A stretch of 62,247 bases of DNA, counting the filler, from Basidiobolus meristosporus CBS 931.73 (lineage: Eukaryota; Fungi; Basidiobolomycota), in the NCBI GenBank assembly GCA_002104905.1. It is 3 parts of 3 records of this genome, joined end to end, with 100 filler letters (N's around TTAATTAATTAA, not from the genome) between each part and the next. Parts side by side here need not be neighbours in the genome. Positions count along the whole stretch, not along the records: positions 28,494 to 52,499 come from MCFE01000959.1; 2 more parts are not named here. One strand, 5' to 3'. Below, in pieces: positions 36,401-48,241 of the stretch. A model generated the notes under the pieces. It searched no databases, had not been told where the DNA came from, and saw only the letters and a list, made by a program, of their open reading frames with translations. The first letter of the stretch is position 1. Every line of letters starts with the position of its first letter. The position numbers were made by a program, and so were the translations under genes.

Positions 36401-38020
36401 AGTGATCAAGAGGCACTTAAACAGACAAATCAGATCTCTTCAGCAAGTTTGAGACAAAAGATCTTGGAAAATTGAGCTATTTTCTTGGAATTGAGGTCAA
36501 ATTTGACATAGCTACGCAGAAAATTGTGCTGAATCAGTCTAAGTACATCAGGGACATTCTTAGACGCTTCAAGATGGAAAATTGCAAACCTGCAGCAACC
36601 CCTATGGACAATAACCTGAAATTAAGCAAATCTTAGCCAGTTATAGATGAATACGGCTCAAATATGGACAAAAACTTTCCCTATCAATCAATGGTTGGTA
36701 GCCTAATGTACTTGATGGTGTCTACACGTCCAGATATTGCAGTAGCAGTTGGAATAGTCAGTCAATTCATGCAGAATTATGGATCAGATCAAATTGCAGC
36801 AGTTAAGTGGATTTTCAGATATCTACAAGGTACCATAAATATGGTACTGGAATACTCTGGAGCAGCTAATAGGCAAAAATTTGATGGTTATAGTGATTCA
36901 GATTGGGGTAGGGATCTGATTGACAGACGCTCTACCACAGGCTATGTATTTCTTTATGCTGGTGCAGCTATTACTTGGAATTGCAAGAAACAACCAACTG
37001 TGGCACTATCTACAACTGAAGCCAAATATATGGCTGCATGTCAAGCAACTAAGGAGGCTATATGGCTACAAAAATTATTCAAAGACTTAGGTTTTAATTC
37101 AGGTGAACCAACATGTATTTACAAGGATAATCAAAGTTGTATTTCATTAGACTTGTTCCATCGTACCGTGCCAGGGCGCGCGGCGCAATCCGCGGTTGCA
37201 AAGAACAATCGGGCGCGATATTATAGCTACCAGAAGGCAGGATTGTTCTTGGACAATTTTGCACTATGCGGGACAATCTTGCACACTATGGCACAATCTG
37301 ACACGATGAGGTTGGTGCAGATGATTGCGCCAACTTGTAATGCTTGCATCACGTGCGCGATCGGATACCGCTATAATGGCAGGTAAAATCCGGTATTTGG
37401 ATATGTTTCTTTAATGTAAATGGAAATAAATGTGTATGACACTAAAAACTACACTGATACTTACCATTTTGGTTACCCTCACTCCAATTGGACAGTATCT
37501 CAGTGGTTAATTGGTGCAAAAGTATCCTGAAGCTGGCAGCCCCCAATTGGCTCATTGACTACTGAAAAAGCTACCTGATTTGCCATCAAATATCCCATTT
37601 AGCCCATTGAGCAAGTAAATCCCTGATCCTAGTGATTGGGCAAGGTGTCATAGCTAGCACGCAAGCAATCGTGTAGGTGCAAAACAGATCCAATAGCTGC
37701 ACTGGTATTACAGATGACGTATATATATGCAGGGTGTTTATTTATAGGGGTTCTGTCTCAAATGTGAGACGTCCTTGATATTACTTATATCAAAAATTTG
37801 ATGATCACTGATTTGCGATGGCTTGATTCGGATTGCAAAAAAAAAGGGCTGTTGGGATCATTACAAATGTGAGCGATTCAAAGCAATTGCATCATCTTCT
37901 CCTGGGTTTTTTTCTCACAGGGATTACTACTGAAGCATTTGGTAGTGACTCACTTTGCACACCTATACTACTTCCTGGCTGACTATCATCTTGGCTACTT
38001 GTGTATTCGTAGTCAGTATT

Positions 38021-39148
38021 TTAAGTTGATGAGTGCAATGCTGCAGCTTGGCCGCGCTGAATCGCTCCGACTGAACCAACTGAACCGGCCTGTAGTGCTA
38101 CGCGCTGACGCGTTCTTTTACTTGCCAAGGGCTCCGGTGGTTGAGTCACTTCATGTTGGTCATCATCAGTCAGTTCACCAGAAGTAACTTGCTGATGGTC
38201 AGGCAAAACGGCACGCGCAGGCGCGCCTTGACGCATTGAGATGGCCCTTGGCTGAGTTCAATGTGATGCCGCATGTTGACGCGACTCGGTCCGCTCCAAT
38301 GGACTTGTGTCTAAATGAGCAGTTTGGCGAGTTCTTGTAGTTTTGCTCTGAAGCGCGCACGTTGACCCAACGCGCGTTGACTCAATGCGCGTTGACTCGA
38401 CGCGGGGCGTTCTGTTAAAGGGTGTTGGTGTAGTCTGGACTGACGTGCGCCGGCGCGCTGTGGTTGCAAGAGATGGTAGGGAATCCAGCAAGGCATGCTG
38501 GCGCGATCTGGACAATGTTGCTTGCAGTCTGTATTCTTCCTCCTGAAGCTCACCATCTGATTCCTCAAGGTATTCACTTACCCTCTGTCTGATACTTTGG
38601 AGCTGTTGCCTGGATGAGTCCTGTGTATATTGCTCTCGGAAGCCACTTAGCTCTACTAATATATCACGTAGTACATCAGTCATTTGAGGCAAAAACTCAT
38701 TCAAAATCTCTTTGGTTCCCAAAGTTGTGGCACAAACGGACGCGTCCGGCCCGTACTGTGCAAATTGCGCGCGAAATTGTTCCCGCGCGGCTTCCTTGTC
38801 AAATCCCCTCACTCCCAGCTCATTCTTGATTTCAATACTTGTCTTGTTATATATCTTTTTACATACATTGGCTGGCATCTTGATGTAGAACTCATGCCAC
38901 AGCTTTCTACTCAAATTCTTCCATCTTTGTCGACTCTCTGAGGTATCTAGTTCTGCTAGATTAATCAGTAGTGCCCAAATATCTGTATGAAGGCTCATCA
39001 TAGACACTTGGGCCATACTAAAATCATTTGGCGAGAACTTGAACGGATCCAACATTGACTTCTCCGGTCCGGACCGCGCTAGTGAGCTGGGGGATGGGTT
39101 TTGTCTGGGTTGTACTAAAGATGAGTTGAGGCTTGGTATGGGGACCAT
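38021..39148 (-). pseudogene. Harbinger partner ORF, ~375 aa with one internal TGA; possible Myb/SANT-like DNA-binding protein
   Basis: ORFs 38258-39148 and 38021-38236 share a frame, separated by a single TGA. SRQRWKNLSRKLW resembles a Myb/MADF recognition helix (weak). Confidence 0.65.
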
Positions 39149-39507
39149 AGCAACAGATTTGGATACTTATACAGCAGTATATTGGCATCAACCTGGTCTT
39201 ATATGAAATATATATGAAAACTTAAGTGATTGTTGAATTTTCCATATATTATGCATGATGCATCTTGGATTGCGTTGACACGGATCAGATCACATCAATC
39301 GCAGATTTCCTAGTTGATTATAGACCTATGATTAAAGCATCAATAAAAGTACCAAGGCATTGTTTGCGGATGATTTTTGCGACATAATGATGGGATACAT
39401 GGCAATTGATGGAGATTTAACCATAATGTGTTAAAAATCAGATAAATAACGCAGATCGCGCTGAATCAATTCAAACCGCCTCCATACGATCATCCATCAA
39501 TTTTAAT

Positions 39508-40392
39508 ATGACTTACTCATCTGAATGGTCTTTTCTCATCAATCCCATCACTACCACTGGATTTCCTTTTGACACACTGGAGGAGATCTATTCCAAGTAC
39601 TGTGGACCATCAACCCCAATCTACTCAAGGAGATCCCTTGTTAAGCTTCTCTGCTATTACAAGAACTATTGCCCTACAAGGTTTCATCTCACCATCCATG
39701 GCAACAAAAGTCCTAGAAGCTTTCATTCCCAGCTGACAGCAATGGACAACCACCTTGCAGAGGGTATGAATGACTTAGAGCAAGCTTGGAATACTAGGTT
39801 CAGAAGCTCCAATAGACTTCCATATCCCAGAGTGTTCAGCAACAGGTTCCATATCAGGAGTATTTTGGATACCTTCCCAGTGAGGATTAACAGACCTTCT
39901 AGAGGGCAGAGGCACTTTTATTCCGGCAAGTACAAGGCACACTGTGTGAAGTTTCAAGCACTGTCTGACATTGAGGGTAACATCATCTGGTTTGGTGGGC
40001 CATTTGCTGGAAGTAGGCATGACAAAGCACTCTGGGTAGAGAATCATCCTGAATTCAGTAGAGGGGAGAAATGTATGGCAGACTTGGCCTATATAGGAGA
40101 GGATTGTCAGAGATTAGGATGTATTACAGCTTATAGGAAGCCAAGGAATGGTGTGCCTAGCAGGAAGCAGAAGCTCTACAATGAGATATTTAATCATTTC
40201 AGAGTGAGGGCAGAGCACACATTTGGATAACTGAAGAGATTCAGCATATTGGCAGGTAAATACAGAGGAAAGTCATATATAGGTGAAAACAGCAGAATAG
40301 GTAAAATAGTTAAGATACTTATTAATGCACAGTATGTTCATACAAGAAGACATCTACTGAGAGAAATGTGTCTGGAGCATTATGAAGAGTAA
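39508..40392 (+). pseudogene. Harbinger/IS5-type DDE transposase (DDE_Tnp_4-like), 294 codons with one internal TAA at 40228-40230
   Basis: ILDTFP (D), YSGKYKAHCVKFQ, GSRHD, ADLAYIG (D), RVRAEHTFG (E). The frame continues after the TAA as LKRFSILAGKYR. Confidence 0.88.
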
Positions 40393-41419
40393 ATAAAGCA
40401 AGGAAAGCACTATTCTGAGCAACATAAGTAAGATTGAGTAAAATTTCCAGTAACTGTATCATACCACTGGCATCATGGTAGAAATTATAGTGCCAGATAG
40501 TGCCGTAGGGTGCCAGATCGATCCGGCACTATAAACCGGCTGGCACTATGTGGCACTATCCAATGGAACAAGTCTATTAGCTAGAAATCCTACTAATCAT
40601 GCCAGAACACAGCACATTGATATACAGCATCACTTTGTGAGGGAAGCTGTAGAAAATAACTTAGTGGAGCTGGTTTACTGCCCAACTGACAAAATGGCGG
40701 CAGACATATTGACAAAACCACTAGCTAGGCCACAGTTTGAGATCCTTAAAGAGAAATTGGGATTAAGAAATTATTTAGTTGAGGGGGAGTGTTGAAATAT
40801 TGGACTATTTGGTATCATTCAGCAGCTAAAAATTTACTTAACAATTCTACGCTAGTCTTAGTCACTGTAGGACTCATTTACTGCCTTAACTTTGCCACTT
40901 TCTCCAGATATATGATCTTATGATTATTCCCCTATAGTCAGGATCAAATTAGCACTATTACCAAACATTATGTACTAACCCTGAAACTGTTACAGAATGC
41001 TCCTGAATATTGAGAAACCCTCCCTACTTAGTGTTGCAGCTGTATTACTTCTACAAAGGTATAAATACTGAGCTTCTTTATGAATAAACAACAGTTCAAC
41101 TATTATCACTATTTCTTGATAAGTTCCTTATATCCAAATCACTTCTTAAATTGCAACAGCAATACCATCAGCTCCATAGGATTTATTGTGCTGGCTGATA
41201 GCTCTCACTGAATATGAAATATTTGGACATGTTCTGATCATGATGTACATTAGACTACCAGCCATAGACTGATAGGTTGGTTGTGGCTTTCTAATGACAT
41301 CATGCTTGCTTGATTTGGTTGAGTTTTGACCAAGTCAAGGTTGATCACCATTAGGTTGGCTGCCAGTTTATAGTCCTCCATTTGGTACTTCTTTAGTATA
41401 TCTTGAGTATTTATGGACT

Positions 41420-41755
41420 TGTTGTAAGAGTCTTAGGGATATTAGAAGTGATTGGGAGAGGAAGTGGATAATGTAGGTTTCACTTAATGATTTTTTTCAC
41501 GAGACAGTAGTAGTTATACTTTTACATGGTCTTGTCATAACAAACACATAGAATAGGTTTAGAAAGATTCCAAGAATATGTGTGCAAACTTTGGGGCTGT
41601 TAGAACAACATTGAGCATTTTCATCCTCAGAGTATCTGATATTCTGGTGAAAATATGCCTAGTAAATCCCAACAAGGATTTTGACCAGTTTTCTCTAGGA
41701 TTTGAAGGTAATGATCTAAGTGACTAAGTTAGATAAATATTTAGGTAGAACTCCA
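41420..41755 (-). repeat. F LTR inserted in F RT, one end truncated
   Basis: Starts TGTTGTAAGAGTC; flanked on both sides by adjacent F RT sequence. Confidence 0.7.
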
Positions 41756-42558
41756 AGCTTTTATAGCAGGACTTGCTTTGGATGAAAGTGTGGATTCTTC
41801 TGTCTATGGAGAACTTTATACTTATGTAGTAACTGAGTTCTCCCTGATTGGACATCTTGAACTCCTTAGATAAGATGCATTTAGTCACTTCTGGTGCATT
41901 TGAATGATTAGTGGCTATGATAACATTACCCACACATAGAGCTAATAGAGCTGGATTTGCTCCATCTGACTTAGAGTAGATACTATAGTCAGCAGTACAC
42001 ATTTGGAGACTCAAAGATTCCAAATAAGAATCTATCTTGCAATTTCAGGCTCTTGGTGATAGTTTAAGTCCATACTAAGATTTTTAAGCTTGCAAGCCAC
42101 ATGGGAGGGCATCTAGAGCAGCAAACCCATCAGGGTTATCCATATGCATGTCCTTATCAAGTTCTCCATACAAAATGCAGTTTTACATCCATATGATGTA
42201 TAAATACATATATTTGACTGCAACTGCCCCTATTAATTTGATGGAATTGAGCTAGGCAACTTATGCAAAGGTCTCAGTGTAGTCAAGTCTTTTTGTCTGA
42301 GAGTATCCTCTGGCCACAAGTCTTGCTTTGTATCTGTGGATTGTAACATCTGTATTGTATTTTTTGTTGACAACCCATCTGCATCCAATTGATTTTGGTC
42401 AACTGAAAACTTGACTAAGTCCCAAGTTTGATTTTCCATCAGGGCCTAATACTCAACAGTCATTGCAAACCTCAAAAACATTGCTCAAGGGCTATTTAGG
42501 GTTTTATTCGCAGTCTGTGATGTATCAATTTTGACTGAATAGGCACAGACCAAGTTTG

Positions 42559-42907
42559 TATTGTAAGGGTGTTGGAGATATTGGAAGCAATTGGGAGGAC
42601 AAGGTGATTATTTGGTTTTTGCATGATGATTTATTGTATGTAAAAGTAATATTCATACTTTTACATGTTCCTGGTACCCCAAACATGTAGAATAAGCTTA
42701 GGAAGGTCCCAAAAACACGTGTTCAAAGTTTGGGGCTGTTTGGACAACTTTACAAATTTTCATGTCAGGGATACCTGATATTTTGGTGCAAGAAATTCCA
42801 CTAAATTTCACCAAGGAGCTTGGTCAGTGTTTGCTAGAGCTTTTAGATAACAGTTGAAGCAACTAAGATAGGTGAATATTTAGGTGGAATTACTAATTTT
42901 TACTACA
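42559..42907 (-). repeat. Solo F LTR, 5-bp TSD GTTTG
   Basis: GTTTG at 42554-42558 and 42908-42912; the joined flanks match the uninterrupted F sequence near 50195-50220. Confidence 0.88.
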
Positions 42908-45591
42908 GTTTGTGCCCTCATTAATATAGTAACTTGGGCTATTTCTGGTCTGTTTAGATCCCATGGCTTTTGATACTGGAATGATCACATCTTGGATATT
43001 CCTGTGCACTGATTCCAGCTGAAACATGGTTGTAGAGTCCTCTGGAATGACAAGGATCTCATTGTCTTGCACTGATTCAACTCTGCCCATTGGTTGACTT
43101 GAGCTCAGATTTTGTCATCATCACATGTCATTTTTGTGAACGTTTTGAGTTTTCATCAAGCTACACATCCCAGAGCTTGATCAGCTTCTTTGCTTTGGTA
43201 TTGCATAGTCTATATACTTTATTTGCATTGCAGTAGCCCAAAAGTATGAATTTCACACATTTTAGCTTAAGCTTTGAATAATTTCCAGGTAATTTCTTAG
43301 CATACAATATGCACCCAAATATTCTTAGATGTTCAGCACTAGGTTTGTATTTATACCATGCTTCAAATGGAGTAGAATCATGAAGTATTCTGTTAAAACT
43401 CCTATTTTTAAGGTATACAGTTTTAGCAACTGATTCTACCCAAAGTTACAGGGTACTTTTTAATCAAGGATGATCTACTTTGCAAAATCAGTTGTTGATC
43501 TGTTTGCTCATTCCACTACTCCATTTTGCTGTGGGGAGTTTGGTAAAGTAGTCTTTTGCTTGATCCTATGAGTTTTTGAAAGTGGATGAAGAGTTTTGCA
43601 ATATATACTCCAACATTTTCAGAGTGTATTTTCTTAATATTTTCACCAGTTTCTTGCTCCACCATGGCTTCAAGCTCCCTGTGCCTAGATTAAGCCTGTT
43701 TCTTTCTCCCCATGAAGTAGGCTCACTTATATCTTGAATAATCATCAATAGAAGTGACTAAATGCCTTGTCCTGCACAAGGATAAACTTTGCATAGGTCC
43801 ACTTGGATCTGAGTTTATTTGATCTACTTTTTCTTAGTTGTGATTAATCCAGAGATCTCAAATGGTTGTCTAGCTAGCTTCCCATATATGCAGACTTTGC
43901 AGTGCTCCAAATTAGCTTGGGGATCAACTTTGAGTCCAGAAATAAGCTGAACTTTGATTGTTATTTGCAAATAAACAACATCAATATGTCCAAGTATTTT
44001 GTGCCAATGCATTTGTATAGCTTTGTTTAATTTACTTGTATTTGCTTCTAGATATGCTGGAATATAGGTTAGCTTGTTCAGATACTAATCCATGATACTC
44101 AAAGCAATATGGGCACCATTTTGATCTGTGATCCTGCATCCAGAATTGTTTAAGCCAAAACTGAGTCCTTTGTCAATGTCCTTACCTACAGGTAGGAGGT
44201 TCTTGGCTTTTTCTGGTGCGTAGAGTACTTCTTTGCAAATAAGCATTTGACTTCCTTCTCTGATTTTAAGGTTTACTTGGATAGTTCCTTCTCCCACTGC
44301 ATCAACTATTCTGATGTCACCCATCAAAACCTTCTTGTTTGGAATTTCCTGATATTGGGTTAAAGGATCCTATTGATGTGTAAAGTGTTGAGATGCACCA
44401 GATTGGCATACCATATGTAAGAATCCTTGCTTGTGGTCATATTTAGCGCAGATATGAATAGTCTATTTTCAGGCTTTTTCTGCTGACCATCTCTTTTTTT
44501 GAGACAACAGTCTGATGTGTGTACTTTCCTTTTGCAGTAGCTGCAAAACAGGTTAGTATTGGCTTCAAAAGGCCTTAGGTACCTTATTTGCTGGTTATCA
44601 TTGCTTACTCAAGCTTATTCTTCTTCTTTCTTGTTGGTGCTTGATTTTTTTAATTCTTCATCCAGGAGCATTCTATATTTGTAATATAAGGTCAAGTATT
44701 TAGTTCTGGACTCCAGGGCTGTTACAAGGCCCTGAGACTTGTCTTTTATGCTATTCAGGATGGTAACCATCACGTCCTCATCAGTAGTTGGTATGCCCAC
44801 AAATTCAGTTGCACGCACCCGCAGGGTAATTCTGTTAATCAGATTTTTTGTTTTTTCTCATGGCTGCTTCTTTGCAGTAACAAATATTTGTCAAAGATAC
44901 ATTTTCTTAGCAGCTGAGAATGATTGGTAGGTGTCTTCAAATGTCCTCCAGGCATTCTTTGCTGTTTTTGCTCTATAGCATTCAATTAGCAATTTGTCTT
45001 TAACATTAAGGGAAATGCAGTAAAAGGCACTTTGTTCCTTCATCTGATACTTTAAGGCTTCCCCTATATTATGTGATTTCACCTTGTGACATATTGAATG
45101 TAAAAATAGTATTTATACTTTTACACAATCTTGGCATAATAAGCATGTAGAATAGGTTTAGGAAGGTCCCAAGATTGTGTATGTAAAGTTTGGAGCTGTT
45201 AGGACAACTCTGAGAATTTTCATGTTCTGGGTACCTGATATTTGGTGCAAATATTTTAAGTAACTCCTAACAAGGAATTTGGTCAGTACTCTAAGACAGT
45301 CCAAGTATATTTATGATGCACCAAGGAATTTCTAAATAGAAGACTGTAAATTGGTAGCTACCCCAATGGAGACAAACCTTAACTTGGGCAAAACTCAACC
45401 AAATCAAGAGAGCTTGGTGTCATCTGAAAGCTCAAAGTTGCTTTCCTTACCTATGACTGACAGTCTGATGTATCCTATGCTTGGACCATGTCCAAGTATC
45501 TTATATCAGTGGGAGTTGTCAGCCAGCACAATTGGTACTATGGATCTGATTGTATTGCAGTATTTAAGTGTATCTTTAGATACCTAAAAAG

Positions 45592-46375
45592 TGTTGAAAT
45601 TATTAAGTTGTCACCTAAGTATTGATGCTGACTTAGTCCAATAGATCTTATTCTCTGATTAGCATTCTGTTCTGACCAGAGGGGGCGGCCCTTTCACCCC
45701 CCCCTGGCCCCCCGACCCGTAGGCCCCCCCCTTCGAGACCCCCATGGGGGCGAAAAAGGGGCCACTATGGGGGCCTACGGGAGGGGGCGGGAGGGGGGCC
45801 TACGGGCAGGGTGGGGTGGGTGGGGGGGGCAATAGGGGGGGGGCGGGGGATAGAGGCCCCAACCTCGCCTCTATCAGTGACTGACAACCACAGAATCTCA
45901 GTCTCCCATCGAGTCAACTAGGGAAGGGGGGCGGGATCTATTTAGGAATGCCCCGACTATTTTCCGGAGCCCTAATACGACCAACCCCCCGGGGGAGAGC
46001 CATCAACCCATTTGAAACTGTTACAGAATGCTTCTGAATATTGAGAAACCCTTCCTATTTAGTGTTACAGCTGTATTACTTCTACAAAGGTATAAATACT
46101 GAGCTTCTTTATGAATAAACAACAGTTCAACTATTATAATTATTTCTTGATAAGTTCCTTATATCCAAATCACTTCTTAAATTGCAACAGGTCATGAGCC
46201 TCAATTGCCTTAATCTATCTCTAGATGATGACTACCAGCAAACAAAACAACACAAACATCTTCCCTGTAAAAGAGTGGTTTGATGAGAAGAACTACAGAC
46301 TTTGGAGAAGCAAGATGCAGATCCACCTTGTGGAAAGGAAGCTTTGGAATACAGTAACAGGAATAGAAGTTGTGC
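45592..46375 (+). mobile_element. E-related Copia 5' stub: LTR 45592-46189 with a different U3, PBS GGTCATGAGCC, gag start
   Basis: From ~46013 nearly identical to the E LTR; gag MTTSKQNNTNIFPVKEWFDEKNYRLW truncated after ~50 codons. Confidence 0.85.
45679..46000. other. GC-rich, CpG-containing hairpin/G-quadruplex block
   Basis: Long C and G runs, several perfect inverted repeats, and many G-tracts at 45804-45849. Confidence 0.85.
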
Positions 46376-46559
46376 AAGTATCAACTTGCGGGCAAGATAA
46401 TATTGGAACAGTAGTTACTGATGACTGGTCAAATATAACTGGGGTGGCAAATCACTGGCCATGATCCTTGAAATACTCCCTATGCTGTAAGCATGCTTCA
46501 TGGCTGAGATGCTTGCTACAATAGCCATGTAGTCTTTTTCTCTTCTCTTATGGTGTTGA

Positions 46560-48241
46560 GTCAAAGTAGTCTTGTCCATAGAGCAAAGAGTTTGACCTTC
46601 AACAATGTAACCCTATTATATCACCTTTTGGGCAATACTCATGTGAATTCAAGAAAGTCTTGTACTTGAGACATTCCACATATATGAATTTAAGATCCAA
46701 TGTTGACCTGCCATAGTAAGCATTATGAATAAAGCTGTAGCACCACATACACATGTATATATAACACTATTTCCCCTTTGGTTTGACTCACTTCCATATA
46801 TATGCCACTAAAAAATAAAGCAAAATTGTTTTGTTCCCAACTAAACCCCACTGCTGAAGGCAGCAAAAGAGCAGTTGGACAACTGCTTGTTTTGACATTT
46901 GGTGCAACAAGCAGGGCTACATCCTAAAAAGACCATGCAGACAGTGTGCCCATTGAAGTTAATAATGTGGACTCCTGAGGCTGTCATAACATCATCACCA
47001 CCCATATTAGCAAGTATGTTGTCAGCTCATACCAATGCATTAATGTGGCAATTAGGTGCAGTGGCTGATAGGATAGATGCATTGGCCCAGAGGATTCACA
47101 AAGTAGTCCAGAAACAGGATAAGCAAATAGTACATGTAGAGCAATCAATATCCCCAGTAGAGAAAGCAATGTCTTTGCTGCAAAGAAGGAACTCAAGTAG
47201 CTCAATATCAAAGCCAAGAATTGAGCCATTTCCCAATGTAACAGCAGTGAAACACTGTATAGTCTTTACAGCACAACAACAGTGCGCAAAGATAAAGTCC
47301 ACAGAAAAACCTATCACAGCATGGAAGGGAAACAGTGCAGTACTTATACTAAACCTAGCATGCCATCACCTTAAGGCCGGCATACCATGGGACCATTAGG
47401 AACTCAAGGCCAAGCAGAATGCTCTTGACTTGTTTGATGAGCATTATCCTGGATTCATACAGGCAAACAGATCTTGGGCCAGCATTGGTATGCTAAGAAA
47501 GTATCTTAAGAATAGCAGAAACTATCAAAGGCAGAAGAACAAAGATGCCATGGCTGAAAACCAGAGGCTTCCTCAAGAGCCCGTTACAAGCAGGGCCAAA
47601 AGCTCCAGACAAGCATCAAAGCAATGTCAAGTAGCTGGAAGAGTGCCAAATGGGGACAAGCAGGCAGACACAGATGCACCAGCACAACATTTATCAAGGA
47701 AAAAGCGTAGTACCACTCAAGAAGCACCCAGACAAAGTAGCAGTGAAGGACCTGGCAGTGATAAATACCAGCCGCTTTTACAGGAGCCTGTCATAACTAC
47801 AGTTGAAAGCTCAAAACAAGCAGAGAAGAAATGTCAGGTTGCCAGAAGAGTGCCAGCAAGGGACAAACAGGCCAAAACAGATGCATCAGAGTAGAATCTA
47901 GCCAGGAGAAAATGTAGTTCTACACAAGAAGCACTCAGACAAAGTGGCAGTGAAAGACCTGGCAATGATAAAGGAAAAATGTCTACCCAAGCCTGAGACA
48001 GGGAGGCATGCAAAAAAAACTGCAGTTCTTGCCAATTAATGCCACAAGCCAGGAACAGACTCAATCCCATCATAGCCAAGAAAAATTACCAACAAGAAAA
48101 CAGCTGTTTTCACAAGAGTTGGAAGCGCAGCTGGTTGAGCTTTACTCCAGCAAGGTAGATGAGTTTGCTGAAAAAGGAAATTTGTCTACCACAACCTCCA
48201 CATCCTCCATTGTTGACAGAGTGGAGATCCCACTAACAGAC
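46560..48241 (+). pseudogene. Family G, copy 2, cut by a Copia F insertion
   Basis: Fragments 46899-47399, 47430-47894 and 48008-48241; contains a 69-codon tandem duplication; probable ATG at ~46802. Confidence 0.6.

Larger units (their letters stand above)
37149..40575. mobile_element. PIF/Harbinger-type DNA transposon (3427 bp) with two divergent ORFs, TSD ATT
   Basis: 13-bp TIR AGACTTGTTCCAT/ATGGAACAAGTCT; ATT at 37146-37148 and 40576-40578; excision restores the Copia reading frame. Confidence 0.93.
33445..40795 (+). pseudogene. pol: Copia E gag-pol; first 649 codons open, then several frameshifts; RNase H split at 37149-40575
   Basis: [81 protein letters not shown]|ARNPTNHART rejoins across the insertion. 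Confidence 0.92.
33041..41158 (+). mobile_element. Young Ty1/Copia element (family E) with a nested Harbinger
   Basis: LTRs 33041-33408 and 40790-41158 differ by 3 substitutions and 1 indel; PBS; PPT GAGGGGGAG at 40781-40789; gag-PR-IN-RT-RH order. Confidence 0.95.
41170..45300 (-). pseudogene. Decayed Copia F element with two nested F LTRs and a partial 5' LTR (~45065-45290)
   Basis: Collinear with 48242-52499; fragments of gag, PR, IN and RT with many stops. Confidence 0.8.

Noticed and set aside
35350-36420. Programmed frameshifting in Copia E pol
   Set aside because: At least five scattered 1-nt shifts, several in A-runs, fit decay or sequencing error rather than one recoding site.
33036-41163. 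TSD for Copia E
   Set aside because: The flanks are TATAA and GCAAT, which do not match. No TSD is claimed; recombination or flank loss is possible.
45679-46000. Hammerhead ribozyme or tRNA in the GC block
   Set aside because: No CUGANGA core on either strand and no cloverleaf with a T-loop.
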